From the NCBI RefSeq assembly GCF_023055435.1, contig NW_025964223.1:11780001-11844000 (forward strand): a stretch of DNA of 64,000 nucleotides. Reading direction: 5' to 3'. Shown here one piece after another: positions 40,001-52,799 of the stretch; the stretch's first letter is position 1; each line of letters starts with the position of its first letter. Source of the stretch: Haliotis rufescens (lineage: Eukaryota). A model generated the notes under the pieces. That model searched no databases, was not told the DNA's origin, and was given only the letters and a program-made list of their open reading frames with translations. A program made the translations under genes and the position numbers.

Positions 40001-43000
40001 TCCACCAGTCCCCATCAAAGACCTAATCGCAGTCCACAGTCAGTGTTCCACCAGTCCACATCCACGACCTAATCACAGTCCACAGTCAGTGTTCCACCAG
40101 TCCCCATCGAAGACCTAATCGCAGTCCACAGTCAGTGTTCCACCAGTCCCCATCCACGACCTAATCATGGTCCACAGTCAGTGTTCCACTAGTCCCCATC
40201 CACGACCTTATCGCAGTCCACAGTCAGTGTTCCACTAGTCCCCATCCAAGACCTAATCACAATTCACTGTCAATGTTCCACCAGTCCCCATCCACGACCT
40301 AATCGCAGTCCACAGTCAGTGTTCCACTAGTCCCCATCCACGACCTAATCATGGTCCACAGTCAGTGTTCCACCAGTCCCCATCCACGACCTAATCATGG
40401 TCCACAGTCAGTGTTCAATCAGTCCCCATCCACGACCTAATCATGGTCTACAGTCAGTGATCCACCAGTCCCCATCCACGACCTAATCATGGTCCACAGT
40501 CAGTGTTCCACCAGTCCCCATCCAAGACCTAATCGCAGTCCACAGTCAGTGTTCCACCAGTCCCCATCAACGACCTAATCGCAGTCCACAGTCAGTGTTC
40601 CACCAGTCCCCATCCACGACCTAATCGTAGTCCACAGTCAGTGTTCCACCAGTCCCCATCCACGACCTAATCACAGTCCACAGTCAGTGTTCCACCAGTC
40701 CCCATCGAAGACCTAATCGCAGTCCACAGTCAGTGTTCCACCAGTCCCCATCAAAGACCTAATCATGGTCCACAGTCAGTGTTCCACCAGTCCACATCCA
40801 CGACCTAATCATAGTCCACAGTCAGTGTTCCACTAGTCCCCATCCACGACCTAATCGCAGTCCACAGTCAGTGTTCCACCAGTCCCCATCCACGACCTAA
40901 TCATGGTCCACAGTCAGTGTTCCACTAGTCCCCATCCACGACCTTATCGCAGTCCACAGTCAACGTTCCACTAGTCCCCATCCAAGACCTAATCACAATT
41001 CACTGTCAATGTTCCACCAGTCCCCATCCACGACCTAATCGCAGTCCACAGTCAGTGTTCCACCAGTCCCCATCCAAGACCTAATCGCAGTCCACAGTCA
41101 GTGTTCCACCAGTCCCCATCCACGACCTAATCGCAGTCCACAGTCAGTGTTCCACCAGTCCCCATCGAAGACCTAATCGCAGTCCACAGTCAGTGTTCCA
41201 CCAGTCCCCATCCACGACCTAGTCGCAGTCCACAGTCAGTGTTCCACCAGTCCCCATTCACGACCTAGTCGCAGTCCACAGTCAGTGTTCCGGCAGTCCC
41301 CCCCCATCCACGACCTAATCGCAGTCCACAGTCAGTGTTCCACCAGTCCCTATCCACGACCTAGTCGCAGTCCACAGTCAGTGTTCCACCAATACTTGTG
41401 TTTTTCAGGTTGCTTGGCTGGATTGGAATATCAACTCACTTCAGATCAGAAAAAACTCTTGGATTGCAAAACTATTGCTGAGAATTTCCTCGTAAGTTTC
41501 CATTCGTACATATTGATTCTTAGGTGAAGCTGTTTGAAATAGTCTCATTGGTCCACTTGCACGAAGCAATCTTAGCACTTTGATGATTATAACCATGATA
41601 ACTCCCATACTCAAACATAAAGACGAGGACAGTTGTAGTGCTAAGATTGTTTTAGCAGGTGCGCCTTTATTAGATCCAATTACAACATACAATATTTACA
41701 CTTGTGGTTTAATGTTTCAAAGGGAAGAAAATGTATGTTAGATTACAGTTCGTTAAAGAGATATGTATGTTTGTGGTTTTATGGACAAACGTATCACAGA
41801 GGTGAAAACAATGTGTCTTTTTAAGATATCATTTGGTTGTATTTATATTAACACCTTCATTTAGATTTGAAAACATTTTTTTGATTTTGCATTCTGATGC
41901 TTTTTGTACTGACCAAGATTTGGTCTGCGCTGTTTTGAAACATGATGTTGATTTAGTCTGCGCTATTTTGAAACGTGAAGTTGATTTAGTCTGCGCTATA
42001 TAGAAACACACCACAAGGCTGCGATGTTGTCACAGATGATGGAGAAATGTATTGAAACATTATGAATGTCGGTAAGTTCATTGTCAACTGATCTCGATGT
42101 ATATATGGCGTGACATACCCTGTGTTCAAACCATAGGCCATAGGCTCACACACACCGTACATCACACCATATGCCCTGAGGGATCGGTTAACAACATATT
42201 TACCTTACCAATGATCATTGTACAGGTCCAGAATATATGTCCTCAGTTTCACTCAGTTAACAAAACTCATCACAGACCGAGTAATGACCAAGTTACTTCC
42301 CTTTACCCAGTGCATTCGGATAGACATCGGTTCATTTCTGAAACTCAATGAAATAAGTAAGTTACCTAACATGTGTACTGATTGATTTCTCAGCAGGTTA
42401 CATGAAATTCATACCAATGTAGCAGGGCGTGGAGTCATCCCACAGATGACATCCTTACCTTGTCAGCTTGCTGACGGGGTTAACCTCTTTGGTCATGTGG
42501 ACAAGGTGTCCGACCTCGGATCAGAAGGTCCGTGGTTTGAATCCCATCACGGGACTCAGAAGTTTTATGGCCGCTACACTAACATGGAAACAAGGAAAAT
42601 ATTTGCCAGCTCCAGTCAGAAGATAGTATTTTAATGTAAGATAACACGTGTCACCAATGCTTCTTGGCAGGTTACAGACGATGCCCCCCTCCCTTGGTGC
42701 ACGCCCATCACCTACTGCTGCATGACACAGCGCTGCCAGCTGATGAGCTTCAGGGACGAGTTTGGCATTCCCAATGGCCAGATATTCTTCCCCTGTGCAG
42801 ATGAAGATTCGAAAGACGATGATCTGGATGCCTTCATATGTGGTTTGTTTGAATATATGTAGATTGTAGTTTTTGACCCAGTGAATAAATTGACTAATGT
42901 CAGTCAATGTTAAAGGATGTGAGTCATGATGGGCAGAGTGCCTTGAATGCTGTGTTCAAGTGGGCCCTCTTCTTCTAAGATTTACCCTTTTCGACATAAT

Positions 43001-46000
43001 AAGCGCCCAGGGCACTCTCAAAATTAGAAATAGGGGGCTCTTCTTGTTAGAATATTATTTTGGTGAAAAACAACAGTTGAAAGATCGTAAATTTCGTGGT
43101 TTATGCTGTCAGCCTGAAATGTTTATATACGGCAGATACGTTTTTCCAGAATTTAATTGCCCATAATTAAGGATGCATATAACACACATATTATACTCGA
43201 ATAAATAAGTCTTGTGTACATTGATCAGTCAGAAGGGGTGCCATGGGCGGATGCACCCCCGCAACCCCCCTTTTTATTTCGAAAAAAATCTTTTTTTCTG
43301 TATAAATTACCACCAAAGATAATAAATAGATCCCCCCTTTTCAAAAAAGCTGTATCCGCCCATAGGTGCTAATTGGAATTGTTCACTAGCCAATATATTA
43401 ACAAATATCGCAGTGGGCGCTTATTAGAGCGGGGCGCTTATTACATCGAATACGGTAGTTGTTTTTCTTGCGATGCCACGGAATCTATCCTTAATGTTGA
43501 AAAATTAATAAAAAAAACTGTTTGACTGTAAATATTCTCATTTTGGATATATGTTTCTGTAATTTAGTTTTCCTCCAACATCAAGCTTACACACCGTGAT
43601 ATACTGTATTTTCTTGAGTATAGTGCACACTTTTTTCCAAAAAAACACAGCTGTGTAGAAGGAGGTGCGCATTATACACGCCATGATGAGTTTTGATGTT
43701 TTACCTGAATTACTGTTCAAACTGGCGTTAACCTCGCCCACTTAACTCAGCTGTCTCTATTTTACTATTGAGTAAAAGATCCCTTGAACATTTGTTCTCA
43801 AAATAAGCATGATAAGATTTTGATAATGTTTTCTTTGTATTACTTTGTCTTTGTTATTTTATGACCTGCACCAATTCTGGTTTAGAATATGTCGCAAGGC
43901 ACTTTGTTTGTGACCAGGGGTGACTATATGGATCAGGTGGACATGCTCGAGGACTTAGTGGATTACATGTTATCTTACCCTGATTATGTTGAACACTGCT
44001 GATTACATCAATCACTGGATTGTCTGGTACAGACGATGATGTAAAGGCTGTATGTATATAGCCTGGGATATTGCTGTGTGCTGAGTTAAGTAACAAACAA
44101 ACAATACTCCATGATCAGCCCGACGGTATATACATATGAATTGGCTTCATGTTTGTATGACAGGCAACAACTACACGGAATGGCTGGAGGAGCTAGCAGA
44201 GATTATGGACAAGGAAATCTTCTACAGAATCAGGGGCTGTCATTTCAGGTCTGTACTATGTAATCTGTTGGAACAAATGTGCAGTTCGCTGGTGTGCAGC
44301 AATACACGGGAGTGGAATTTTGCCTTAACATTACTGAATTGGTTTGTTGATTCTGCCAACCCTAACATATTTTATATGAGGCAATTTTAATTCTTTGAAT
44401 TAATATGGGTACTTTGTGGATATAGGAGTGACAAAAAATGGGGCCATGGCCATATGACACACAGTTGAACCAATCAACTCAACTCGAAAGGGTGCACGGG
44501 AATCCTCACATTGAGACGCCAAACGCTAACACCGTATATGGCGTGCGTGATTCCCATGCAACCTTTCGAGTTGAGTTGATTGGTTCAACTGTGTCATGTT
44601 GCCCTGTGACGCAGGGGTAGCATTATGCAGATGGCTGTTTCAATGAATGCTCGTTCCACCCGTGACGAACAGGTCTGGTTGTTGATGAAATATAGTGATA
44701 GCTAAATAGACAGATATTTTATTCATGCACCGATTGTCTTTGAATGTAATATCCAGTTATGTATGACTGTTTAATAATCTCATACCAACTTTGACTGGAG
44801 TAGGTCCGATAGTTTTTCAGATATTGTAGTAAACATTGGTACCTTAAATTACCTTCCCGACTATATCTGTGGAAGTATGCTTCATTTCTGGTACTTCCTG
44901 AATTAGATAACTGTTGTTGTTTTTTGTGTCCATTAGGATAAAGCACTTAGTCAACATTGTGCAAAACCATACAAGAAATGCCAATAAATACAATTTCACA
45001 AACCGCAACCGGACCCAACTTGGCGCCATTTTGAGTTATTGAAAAATGTGCATACGACAGTAATGAGCAAGACATGATTTGATTGGAAGAGATACAGCAG
45101 ACATCGAGTGTAAAACCCGTGTCTCATGTCTGTTGATCGCAGGTGACAATTGTGGAAGAGTTGCTTCCCTTCCATTGAGAAATCCATCAATGTTTTGTGT
45201 TGGCAAATTATTAAAAAAATATTTTTTAAAAATTCGAAATGAGGGAAAATTCTGTCAGGCGGATGGATCTGTAATACACGATAAAAAATAGGTCTGTCCT
45301 AAGTTATGAAAATAATAATTGTGTGTACCATAGATTAATATTGGGCAAGACTGACAAGACAGATGTTAGGAACGCTCCTCACATCAGGCACATGGTAACA
45401 AATTGAGATCACCTTCTGACAAACAAAGAAAATCTGAACTCTCTCCTTTATTTTTTTTTCCTATCTACCAACTAGGATATTTTACAAACGAATCCAAACA
45501 TCGAGAAAGTAAAAACAGAGGTCTTGCTTTAAAATGCTAGCGTGTTTAATTTATTTTGAAGGTGATGTTTATGTATAACTTGTCTGTTTACGTGCAGCCA
45601 AACATAACTAGGTAACATGTTTCTTGTAACGAGGACAAATAAAGACAGAACCCTGGGACAGTTATGCCAGGACACTTGAGATGTGGTTCCTCCTCAGTGA
45701 TCATCATGTCTTTATACATGTCAGAGTAGAAGAATGAAGTGTAAACATTTTAGCATGTGTTGTTTGTGTTACAGGTTTCTAGATGTACCTGACTGTGTGA
45801 GTGTAACAAGAGGCAAGTTCACAGTGAAGGCAGGCTCGTGCTTTATGCCAGACCTCAGCACCGTTCATCCCCCGAGCTTCTTCTACGTCTACAGAATAAC
45901 GTAAGTACTGTGCATCCCTGAGCTTCTACGTCTACAGAATAACGTAAGTACTGTGCATCCACAAGCTTCTTCTACGTCTACAGAATAACGTAAGTACCGT

Positions 46001-49000
46001 GCATCTCCGAGCTTCTTCTACGTCTACAGAATAACGTATGTACCGTGCATCCCCTAGCTTCTTCTATGTCTACTGAATAACGTAAGTACCGTGCATCCCC
46101 GATCTTCTTCCATGTCTACAGAATAATGTAATTACCAACCTTAGCACCTTGCTACCCTCAAAAGCATCTTGTATGTCAACAGACTAACATAAGTACCCAC
46201 CTGAGCACCTTAGCGAGACATCACAAGTAATTTCCACTCTGATTAATTAATATTCTCCTCATGTGTGCAGTATGATAAGAAGCGCTACCTGTATGACACA
46301 GTGTGTTTGTTTGAAGGATGAAGATGCATGACGATGCCCCCGTGTATGAGTCCTGTCAGCTGTTGTCGCGGTACTGGTCCATCACCGACATGGATGTTAA
46401 TGAGGAAATTGTGGAGGGGCCAGGAGTTGTAGGTGCGTATTTGTAGTCATGGTTGACTGGTTCGCCTGAATTATTAAAGGGTATGCAACAAGCGAGGTGA
46501 ATGTAATCAATATGTGACACCATTTGCATTTTGTAGTCTTCTTCATATTGTTGCAAACATATCACATTGTCTGGTCCAGACTCAATTATTTACAGACCGC
46601 TGTCATATAGCTGGAATATTGCTGAGTGCGGCGTTAAACAACAAACAAACCAAACCAAACCAAAGATTCAGTTAAATGTTTTTTTTATTTGTTTGAAAAA
46701 GGAAGGTGAACACCCCTGTGCCGGCCTTGAATTAGATTTACTCTTGAAAAGACCTTCAATTTTCTGGACCAAGCACCCTCTGAAGTCAATAACTTTAAAA
46801 GACATGTATGATTTTATGGTTAAGAAAAATCTTATAAAAATCTTGTACAAACTTGGAAGAAAACATGAACATGTTCGTCAGCTGGTTCCACTGCTGGGAC
46901 GTGAGGAAAGCTTTCAGCTTCTGGCCAGCAGGTGGCAGCCCAAAATAGTAGGACAAATCTGTACCATTGCCAGTTACGAGCATACATGGGTACTGTACTT
47001 TGACTTCTATAAACATGACATCATGTCTACACCTTGAAAGTATTCAAGCAATTAATTTGTTTGGGACGTTAATAATTACAGCAAACGTTTCTGCTCTGGT
47101 TAAGTGTAGCGAGAACAATTGTAGTCTCACAAACAGACTTCACATAGGATGTCATTTGTTAACATTGGATACAAAGGACCAGTGAGTTTTGTGTTTAGTG
47201 TCGACCAATCACACCCTGTGAGAAATTGGCCACCACCTGTCTATTCATTTAGGTAGACAGGAGCCCAGTCTTACATGTTTGTCGTTAGTAACCATAGAGT
47301 TATCTCCCTTCAGTTAGAATCAGTTATACCTGAATTTGTTACAGATTGTTTGGAAGGGCCAGAAGCATGGTACCAGTACTTTATATTTAATCCTTTTGGG
47401 GCAAGTGTGATAAAATGTTTTTATTTGCTTGGCATTGAATTTAGGGGATGGATCCTTGAAAAGGCCAATACTTTTTTGACTGAAATTCTGTATGAACCAT
47501 TTATTAGGATTTTGATGTTATTGATTTCTCCATGTTTTCCTGACAATGATTGTGCTGAGGGCTCAGTTGGACTAAACTATCTTAACACTAAGACTGTCTT
47601 AAGGTGCAGGGTACCTTTGTACAAAACAAACTTAGTGCTAAGACTGTCGTATGTCTATGTTAAGGTATGAGAGTTACAATCACCTAAGCGCTAAGATTGC
47701 TTTGTACAAGGGCACCCAGGAATATAAGACAGTCATGGTGCTAAGATCACTTTGAGCTGGCTGTCAGTGTCATTCAGTCGACACAGGTGAAAACTGATTC
47801 CGTTGCCATGGTTTCATGTGAGTTTCTATTGATACAGGTGGAAATCTGGTTTGGTTGTCATGGTTACATGTCACATTTAGTTGATACAGGTGAGGACCTG
47901 ATTCTGTTGCCATGGTAAAATGTCAGTATCTATTGCTACAGGTGAAAACCTGGTTATGTTAAATGTCAACTTCTGTTGATACAGATAAAATGTGATTCAG
48001 TTACCATGGTTACATGTCAGTTTTTGTTGACACAGGTGAAAATCTGGTTCTGTTACCATGGTTACATGTCAGTATCCATTGCTACAGGTGAAAACCTGTT
48101 TATGTTAAATGTCAACTTCTGTTGATACAGATAAAATGTGATTCCCCTACCATGGTGACGTGTCAGTTTATTTTGATACAGGTGAAAACCAGGTTCTGTA
48201 AAGTATCAACTTTGATACTGGTAAAAACATGATTCAGTTGCCATGGTTACATGTCAGTTTCTGTTCATACAGGTGAAAACCCAGTTCTGATTCCTGGAGA
48301 GGAATATTCTTGGGAGAGTGGAACGACATTCCCTACAACATATGGCAACATGAAGGGCTATTTCACTATGACAAGTCTCAATAAAGGTGAGCTGAAGATC
48401 AGTGGAACTGTCCGATGTGCCGCTGGGGCAGGGACAGTTGGTCTGTATGGTATTCCTGTAGTTGTGTATTTTCAGCTGCGATTTATGAATCGCTTAGAGA
48501 AAGAAAATTAATCGTTCATCCTGGGGTCTGCAACAGTTTGAAGCGCTTACGCACTCTTTCAAAATCGCGTTGCAACTCTTGCTTTGTTGCCTTGACTTAA
48601 TGAAAAATGTAATAGGAGAGGCTCGATGACGAGCTGATGAAATTTATGACTACTTTGTAGATATGGAGCAGACTGAGGATGATTCGATGTTAGCTTTTGC
48701 TCATTTCCCGGTTGATCCAGTCAAGGATTTCTTGTTCCGCTGTCAAAGTCAGCCGCCATTTACGTTTGAGTACAAAGTGCCCTCAGCCAGCGATTGTTTC
48801 ACTTGCAAGCGGCTGAACGTTAGTGCACTCTTGTAAGGCGAATTGCTGTACATCACTTTCAAGAGATTGGTGCTTTGCAACGCACCTCTTTTCTTGCTTT
48901 AAGTTGTAAAAGTCTTCTAATTTGATTAATCATGTCGAGTGTACTTTGGATAAGGTACTGATTTTGATCTATGCGAAACTTGTGTCCATAAGAGGTGTTT

Positions 49001-50278
49001 TGATTGGTTGTTAATTTCAAGAATTCGGTTCTGTTTTGTGATGGTGATGGTTATGAAATTGAAACGGAATGAAGCTATGTTGGTTATTGGGTCCAGAGTA
49101 TTCACCACTACAGAATGGAGATATGATGCTCATGAAATTACATTTTTTAACATGGCTTGTTAATTAAAATAACATTTGTTACCGACTGACTTGCCTTTGC
49201 ATGTGTTTGTGATGGGTACACCAGTGGTGCAGGATACACTCACCTTTTCATAAACTCCAGGTATCATCGCTATTTGACAGTGATTCAAAAACACATGTTG
49301 ATGATAAAGTTGAATTGTACAATTCACTCTGTTTGGGGCAAAGATTTCTTAAGGGTAGGGAAAAGGTTTTGTCGCTGTTATTATTGTATATTTCCTGTTA
49401 TCCACTGCTATCAAATGTCAATGGCGTCTAACCATTCAGTTGATTTAAGTACACACTATTTGCACATATATAAATAGGTTTGTCAAGTTGTGCTTCATTT
49501 ATGTAGAGGTAATGGGAAATTTTGTATTGTTAGGTGTTTTCCTTGAAACAAGTAGAACTAAAAAAAGTTGACAACTTGACCAAGACACTTTGTTTGCTAC
49601 GGTTCTTGTGAAAAAGAAAACTCGTCAAGATTTTCGTGGAATTTGTTTGGGCCAATATTTTGAATCAAATTGTACTGGGACAATGAGTAAGTTGTGATAA
49701 ACTAACTGTGATAAAGCCTTGCATGCACATGACTGTGGGGAGGTGTGTGTCTGTGTGTCTGTCTATATGTCTGTGTATGTCAGTGTGTGTGTCTGTGTGT
49801 ATGAGTGTCTGTGTGTGCATCTTTCCTCATGTATGTGTCTGTGCGAGTGTGTCACTGTCACTCTGTCTGTCTGTCTGTGTGTGTGTTTCTGTGTCTCTGT
49901 GTGTCTGTGTTTGTGTGTGTATGTGTGTATGCGAGTGTGTCACTGTGTCTGTCTGTCAGTCTGTCTGTGTCTCTGTGTGTGTATGTGCTCACACACAGTT
50001 GAGGGATTATCAGCTATTCTCCTTGCCTCTTCTGCACAACATGCTGAAACTTTAAAATAAAGATACAGCCTATGCCACAGATTTCTTGGCTTCCAATCCG
50101 GGTTTTAACAATTATCAGAGTCCAACACAAACAAGTATGCTTTCCAACTTTGTTTTGACATGTTATTTCAGACACCGAATTCCGCATAGAGTGTCCAGTG
50201 TTTCACATGAAATGTCAGCCTTACGAAACGTCAGCGCAGCGGAAGGAGAGAGTTGAAGAAAGAAAGAAGAATTTGTAA
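37015..50278 (+). CDS. FBXO3: F-box only protein 3-like (F-box, SMI1/KNR4, ApaG); exons 37015-37104, 37739-37893, 38475-38592, 41409-41491, 42671-42842, 44164-44248, 45775-45900, 46317-46432, 48273-48386, 50172-50278; 5' exon unresolved; one +1 frameshift at 41450-41455
   Basis: Exons with GT/AG ends and compatible phases translate to segments collinear with vertebrate FBXO3: [72 protein letters not shown]...[33 protein letters not shown]. Confidence 0.88.
37131..37404 (-). mobile_element. Abundant ~270-bp non-tRNA SINE-like retroposon (family C); other copies at about 6390-6470, 9869-10124(-), 10365-10495, 21955-22185(-), 43960-44100, 46566-46660, 58568-58833(-), 59435-59630(-), 59758-60020
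   Basis: Shared core ATCACTGGATTGTCTGGTCCAGACTCGATTATTTACAGACCGCC and tail GCGGCGTTAAACAACAAAC. The copy at 9869 has a 12-bp TSD AAATTAAGTTTG. Confidence 0.88.
37924..38255. repeat. Degenerate (TG/TC)n microsatellite; similar tract at 49740-49985
   Basis: Low-complexity TG-rich sequence. Confidence 0.9.
39320..41390 (+). repeat. 46-bp minisatellite, about 45 copies, in an FBXO3 intron
   Basis: Unit CCCCATCCACGACCTAATCGCAGTCCACAGTCAGTGTTCCACCAGT. Confidence 0.97.
42983..43457. mobile_element. TA-flanked MITE with a nested GGGCGGAT..ATCCGCCC mini-element; solo end of the same family at 24103-24172
   Basis: Termini TACCCTTTTCGACATAATAAGCGCCC and GGGCGCTTATTACATCGAATACGGTA. Confidence 0.7.
44451..44598. 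mobile_element. Small hairpin MITE
   Basis: About 50-bp near-perfect inverted arms ACACAGTTGAACCAATCAACTCAACTCGAAAGG. Confidence 0.75.
45860..46195 (+). repeat. 46-bp tandem repeat spanning an FBXO3 exon end and splice donor
   Basis: Unit GTGCATCCCCGAGCTTCTTCTACGTCTACAGAATAAC|GTAAGTACC, about 6 copies plus a degenerate one. Confidence 0.9.
47765..48290 (+). repeat. Degenerate ~52/43-bp tandem repeat spanning an FBXO3 splice acceptor
   Basis: Unit GTCAGTTTCTGTTGATACAG|GTGAAAACCTGGTTCTGTTGCCATGGTTACAT, about 11 copies. Confidence 0.88.
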
Positions 50279-51301
50279 ATAGCTCCAGGATGTCCTTCAG
50301 CTGCATGATGTTTAGCAGGATTACTGCGGACACATTCTCCCTGACCTGAACGCCCAGGCCCCATCTCGGTCGAAGTGACGATGGGTAGCGAGCGACGAGA
50401 TATCAAAGTCGGGATAGGGATGCTGGAGTGGAACCGGAAGGTGGTTGGACTGATGTGGATCGGAGATCAGCAGCCAGCAGAGATGGCGATTCTGATTCAT
50501 GTTGTACATAGGCACAGGGACACAAAGATGTCATACATGTGTGCTCAAGAATCTGTTCGAATTCTGGTACTTACAGGATTAAAACAGTGCTGTTACTGTG
50601 AACTCAATAAGAACATGTACAATTTTATGGATAACAACTTCTGGTTCATTGCATTTGGGGATGTTTTGATGTAGATTCTTATCTACTCACCATCTTCCAG
50701 AATGCCAATCAAACAGTTGCTGTGAACATGATATCGGAGCCCACAGATATATCTTTCAGCATGTGGCTTGTACCTTATGCTCATGTCATGATTACACCAG
50801 CTTCAAGAATCTTGTTTTCATTGGTTTGGTTCGTACACAACAGTCACAAAGTGTCTATTTTGTTGATTGTTTTTTGTTTGATGATTCCTATTTGTCATGT
50901 TCAACCAGACATCACTGAAAAGTTGGTATTTACACAAGACCTTCTTGAAAATATGTGTAGGGTTGTACAGAGCTGTTTTGTTGGGTTTTTTTAGGGGGGG
51001 GAGAATGTTTGATTTGTTCCATTTTGGTAAAACTCTTGTTAAAGACATAGTTGTGAATAATGGTTGTTATCATCGAGAGAAAGGAATTTAAAAAAGGCGA
51101 AATAATAGAGGAAAATTTCAAGCAATGATAACTAATAATGAAAAGCTACTTAATTTCCAAGGCCAACTATTATGTTTGGACCCGATCATGTCAGTTTGGT
51201 GTTTCAGTTTCAAGATTATCTTGGTCAATAAGAAGGAGACAAAAAAACAACATGCTACTGTTGATGTAGGTTTTTTTACCTTAGTAAACTCTTGGCACAT
51301 A

Positions 51302-51443
51302 ACTTCTTTCAGTGGCATTTAGAAGTTGGTGTGATGAAGTAAGACGAGTGATATCACTTGCTTGATAAAGGTGTTAGGATCTACACCGAAACGTCGCACT
51401 AATTGTAAAAAAGAAGATGTTCATCCATAGAACTCGTCTTACT
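51302..51443. mobile_element. Second insertion of the same Penelope-like terminal-repeat family
   Basis: 12-bp TSD TCTTGGCACATA at 51290-51301 and 51444-51455. Inverted GAAGTAAGACGAGT/ACTCGTCTTACTTC. Motif TTGATAAAGGTGTTAGGATCTACACCGAAACGTC. Confidence 0.7.
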
Positions 51444-52314
51444 TCTTGGCACATATATTTTAAACCAAATTCAAACGAAAAACTGTTTATTGTATTGGAG
51501 AATATTTTCAGTCATCTTTTGAAAATATTTACTTCTGCATAATTAATGGTAGGCTATTCATTAAAGAAGAAATTAACATGGTCAGGCTCTTGTGAATTCA
51601 TCTCCAAGCAATCTGAGATCCCCATGAAGGAGTTGCGATCGTCTCAAGGTAGCTGGAGCTTTGTGGTGGGAACATGCTGGGAATTTCCACACAATCAGTA
51701 TGCGGTTTGTGTTTACATACAATTCCTGTTCATATATGTCTATAGTATGTTATTTAAGTATTTCATCATGTTATGCAGTGGTAAAACTCATATTTTTGGT
51801 TCAGTGTTAATATATTTAACAGTGAAAAAGGATTATAAATTTTGAACTTTTTCCGAAATATATCTGCAGCCCCACTTAAACAAGGCATTCCTAGTGCTAG
51901 GACTGTTGTAGCACCAACAGATTATATGGTCTCTGGTTTCACCCAAATGGTAAAGTTTAAGACCTACATGACTTAGGGCTCCCACCCCATGAACTTACAT
52001 GCCATGATATAACTCACTCACTCACTCACTCACTCACTCTGAAACAATTGTCATTCCAAAACAGTGCCTTCTACGAAAGACACCCCTCATCTTTATGTCA
52101 CATTCTGGATGACTGCTGGTTCCTCTTTCACTTTTCAGGTACAGGTTTAAAAAGCAATTTCATTACATTTATTGTAATCCGATATCTGTCTAATCTGACT
52201 AAAAGTTTCAGTCCTGACGCAGCCACCTGTATTATCATATAGAAACCTTGTGCAGTCCGACATCTCCGCTTCTGTTTTGTGGTCCCATGAGTAAATATAC
52301 TCTGTGTTGTCTGA

Positions 52315-52799
52315 AATCTCATTAAAATCAGACCTTAGTTCTCGCTACCGCTAAACAAAGATCTGAAGACATTCCATTAGGGGTCATGTCAGACCGACCT
52401 TTCATCCGACCAATCAGTGCGTCGCTTACCAGATTATGAAAGTGACAGTCAGAGTGTGATATCTAATCATACAACCTTTAAAACTTTAACATGGGGTATA
52501 CCGAACGATAGTTACGGATTTAACGACTGATTCCTTACAATCTAGACCATCTATTAGCCATTCCAGAATGTTTTTTGTTCAGGTTTCAATTTTTTAATCG
52601 GAATTTGTCAAAATATGTTTCGAAGCGAAGTCGCCAATTTGAAATTATTGCCGTAAAGCACGAGAAAGCTGCCTTATGATTGGTCATTCCATTTGTCGGT
52701 CAAAGTTCGCGCAAGGTCGGTCTAACGTGACCCGTAATCGGATGTCCTCAGATCTTTGTTCAGCGGTAGCGAGAACTAAGATCTGATTTTAATGAGATT
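52315..52799. mobile_element. MITE with ~85-bp terminal inverted repeats
   Basis: AATCTCATTAAAATCAGACCTTAGTTCTCGCTACCGCT.. matches the reverse complement of ..AGCGGTAGCGAGAACTAAGATCTGATTTTAATGAGATT. Confidence 0.8.

Noticed and set aside
50280-50520. GC-rich stretch after the FBXO3 stop as an additional coding exon
   Set aside because: No recognisable homology or splice signals; treated as 3' UTR
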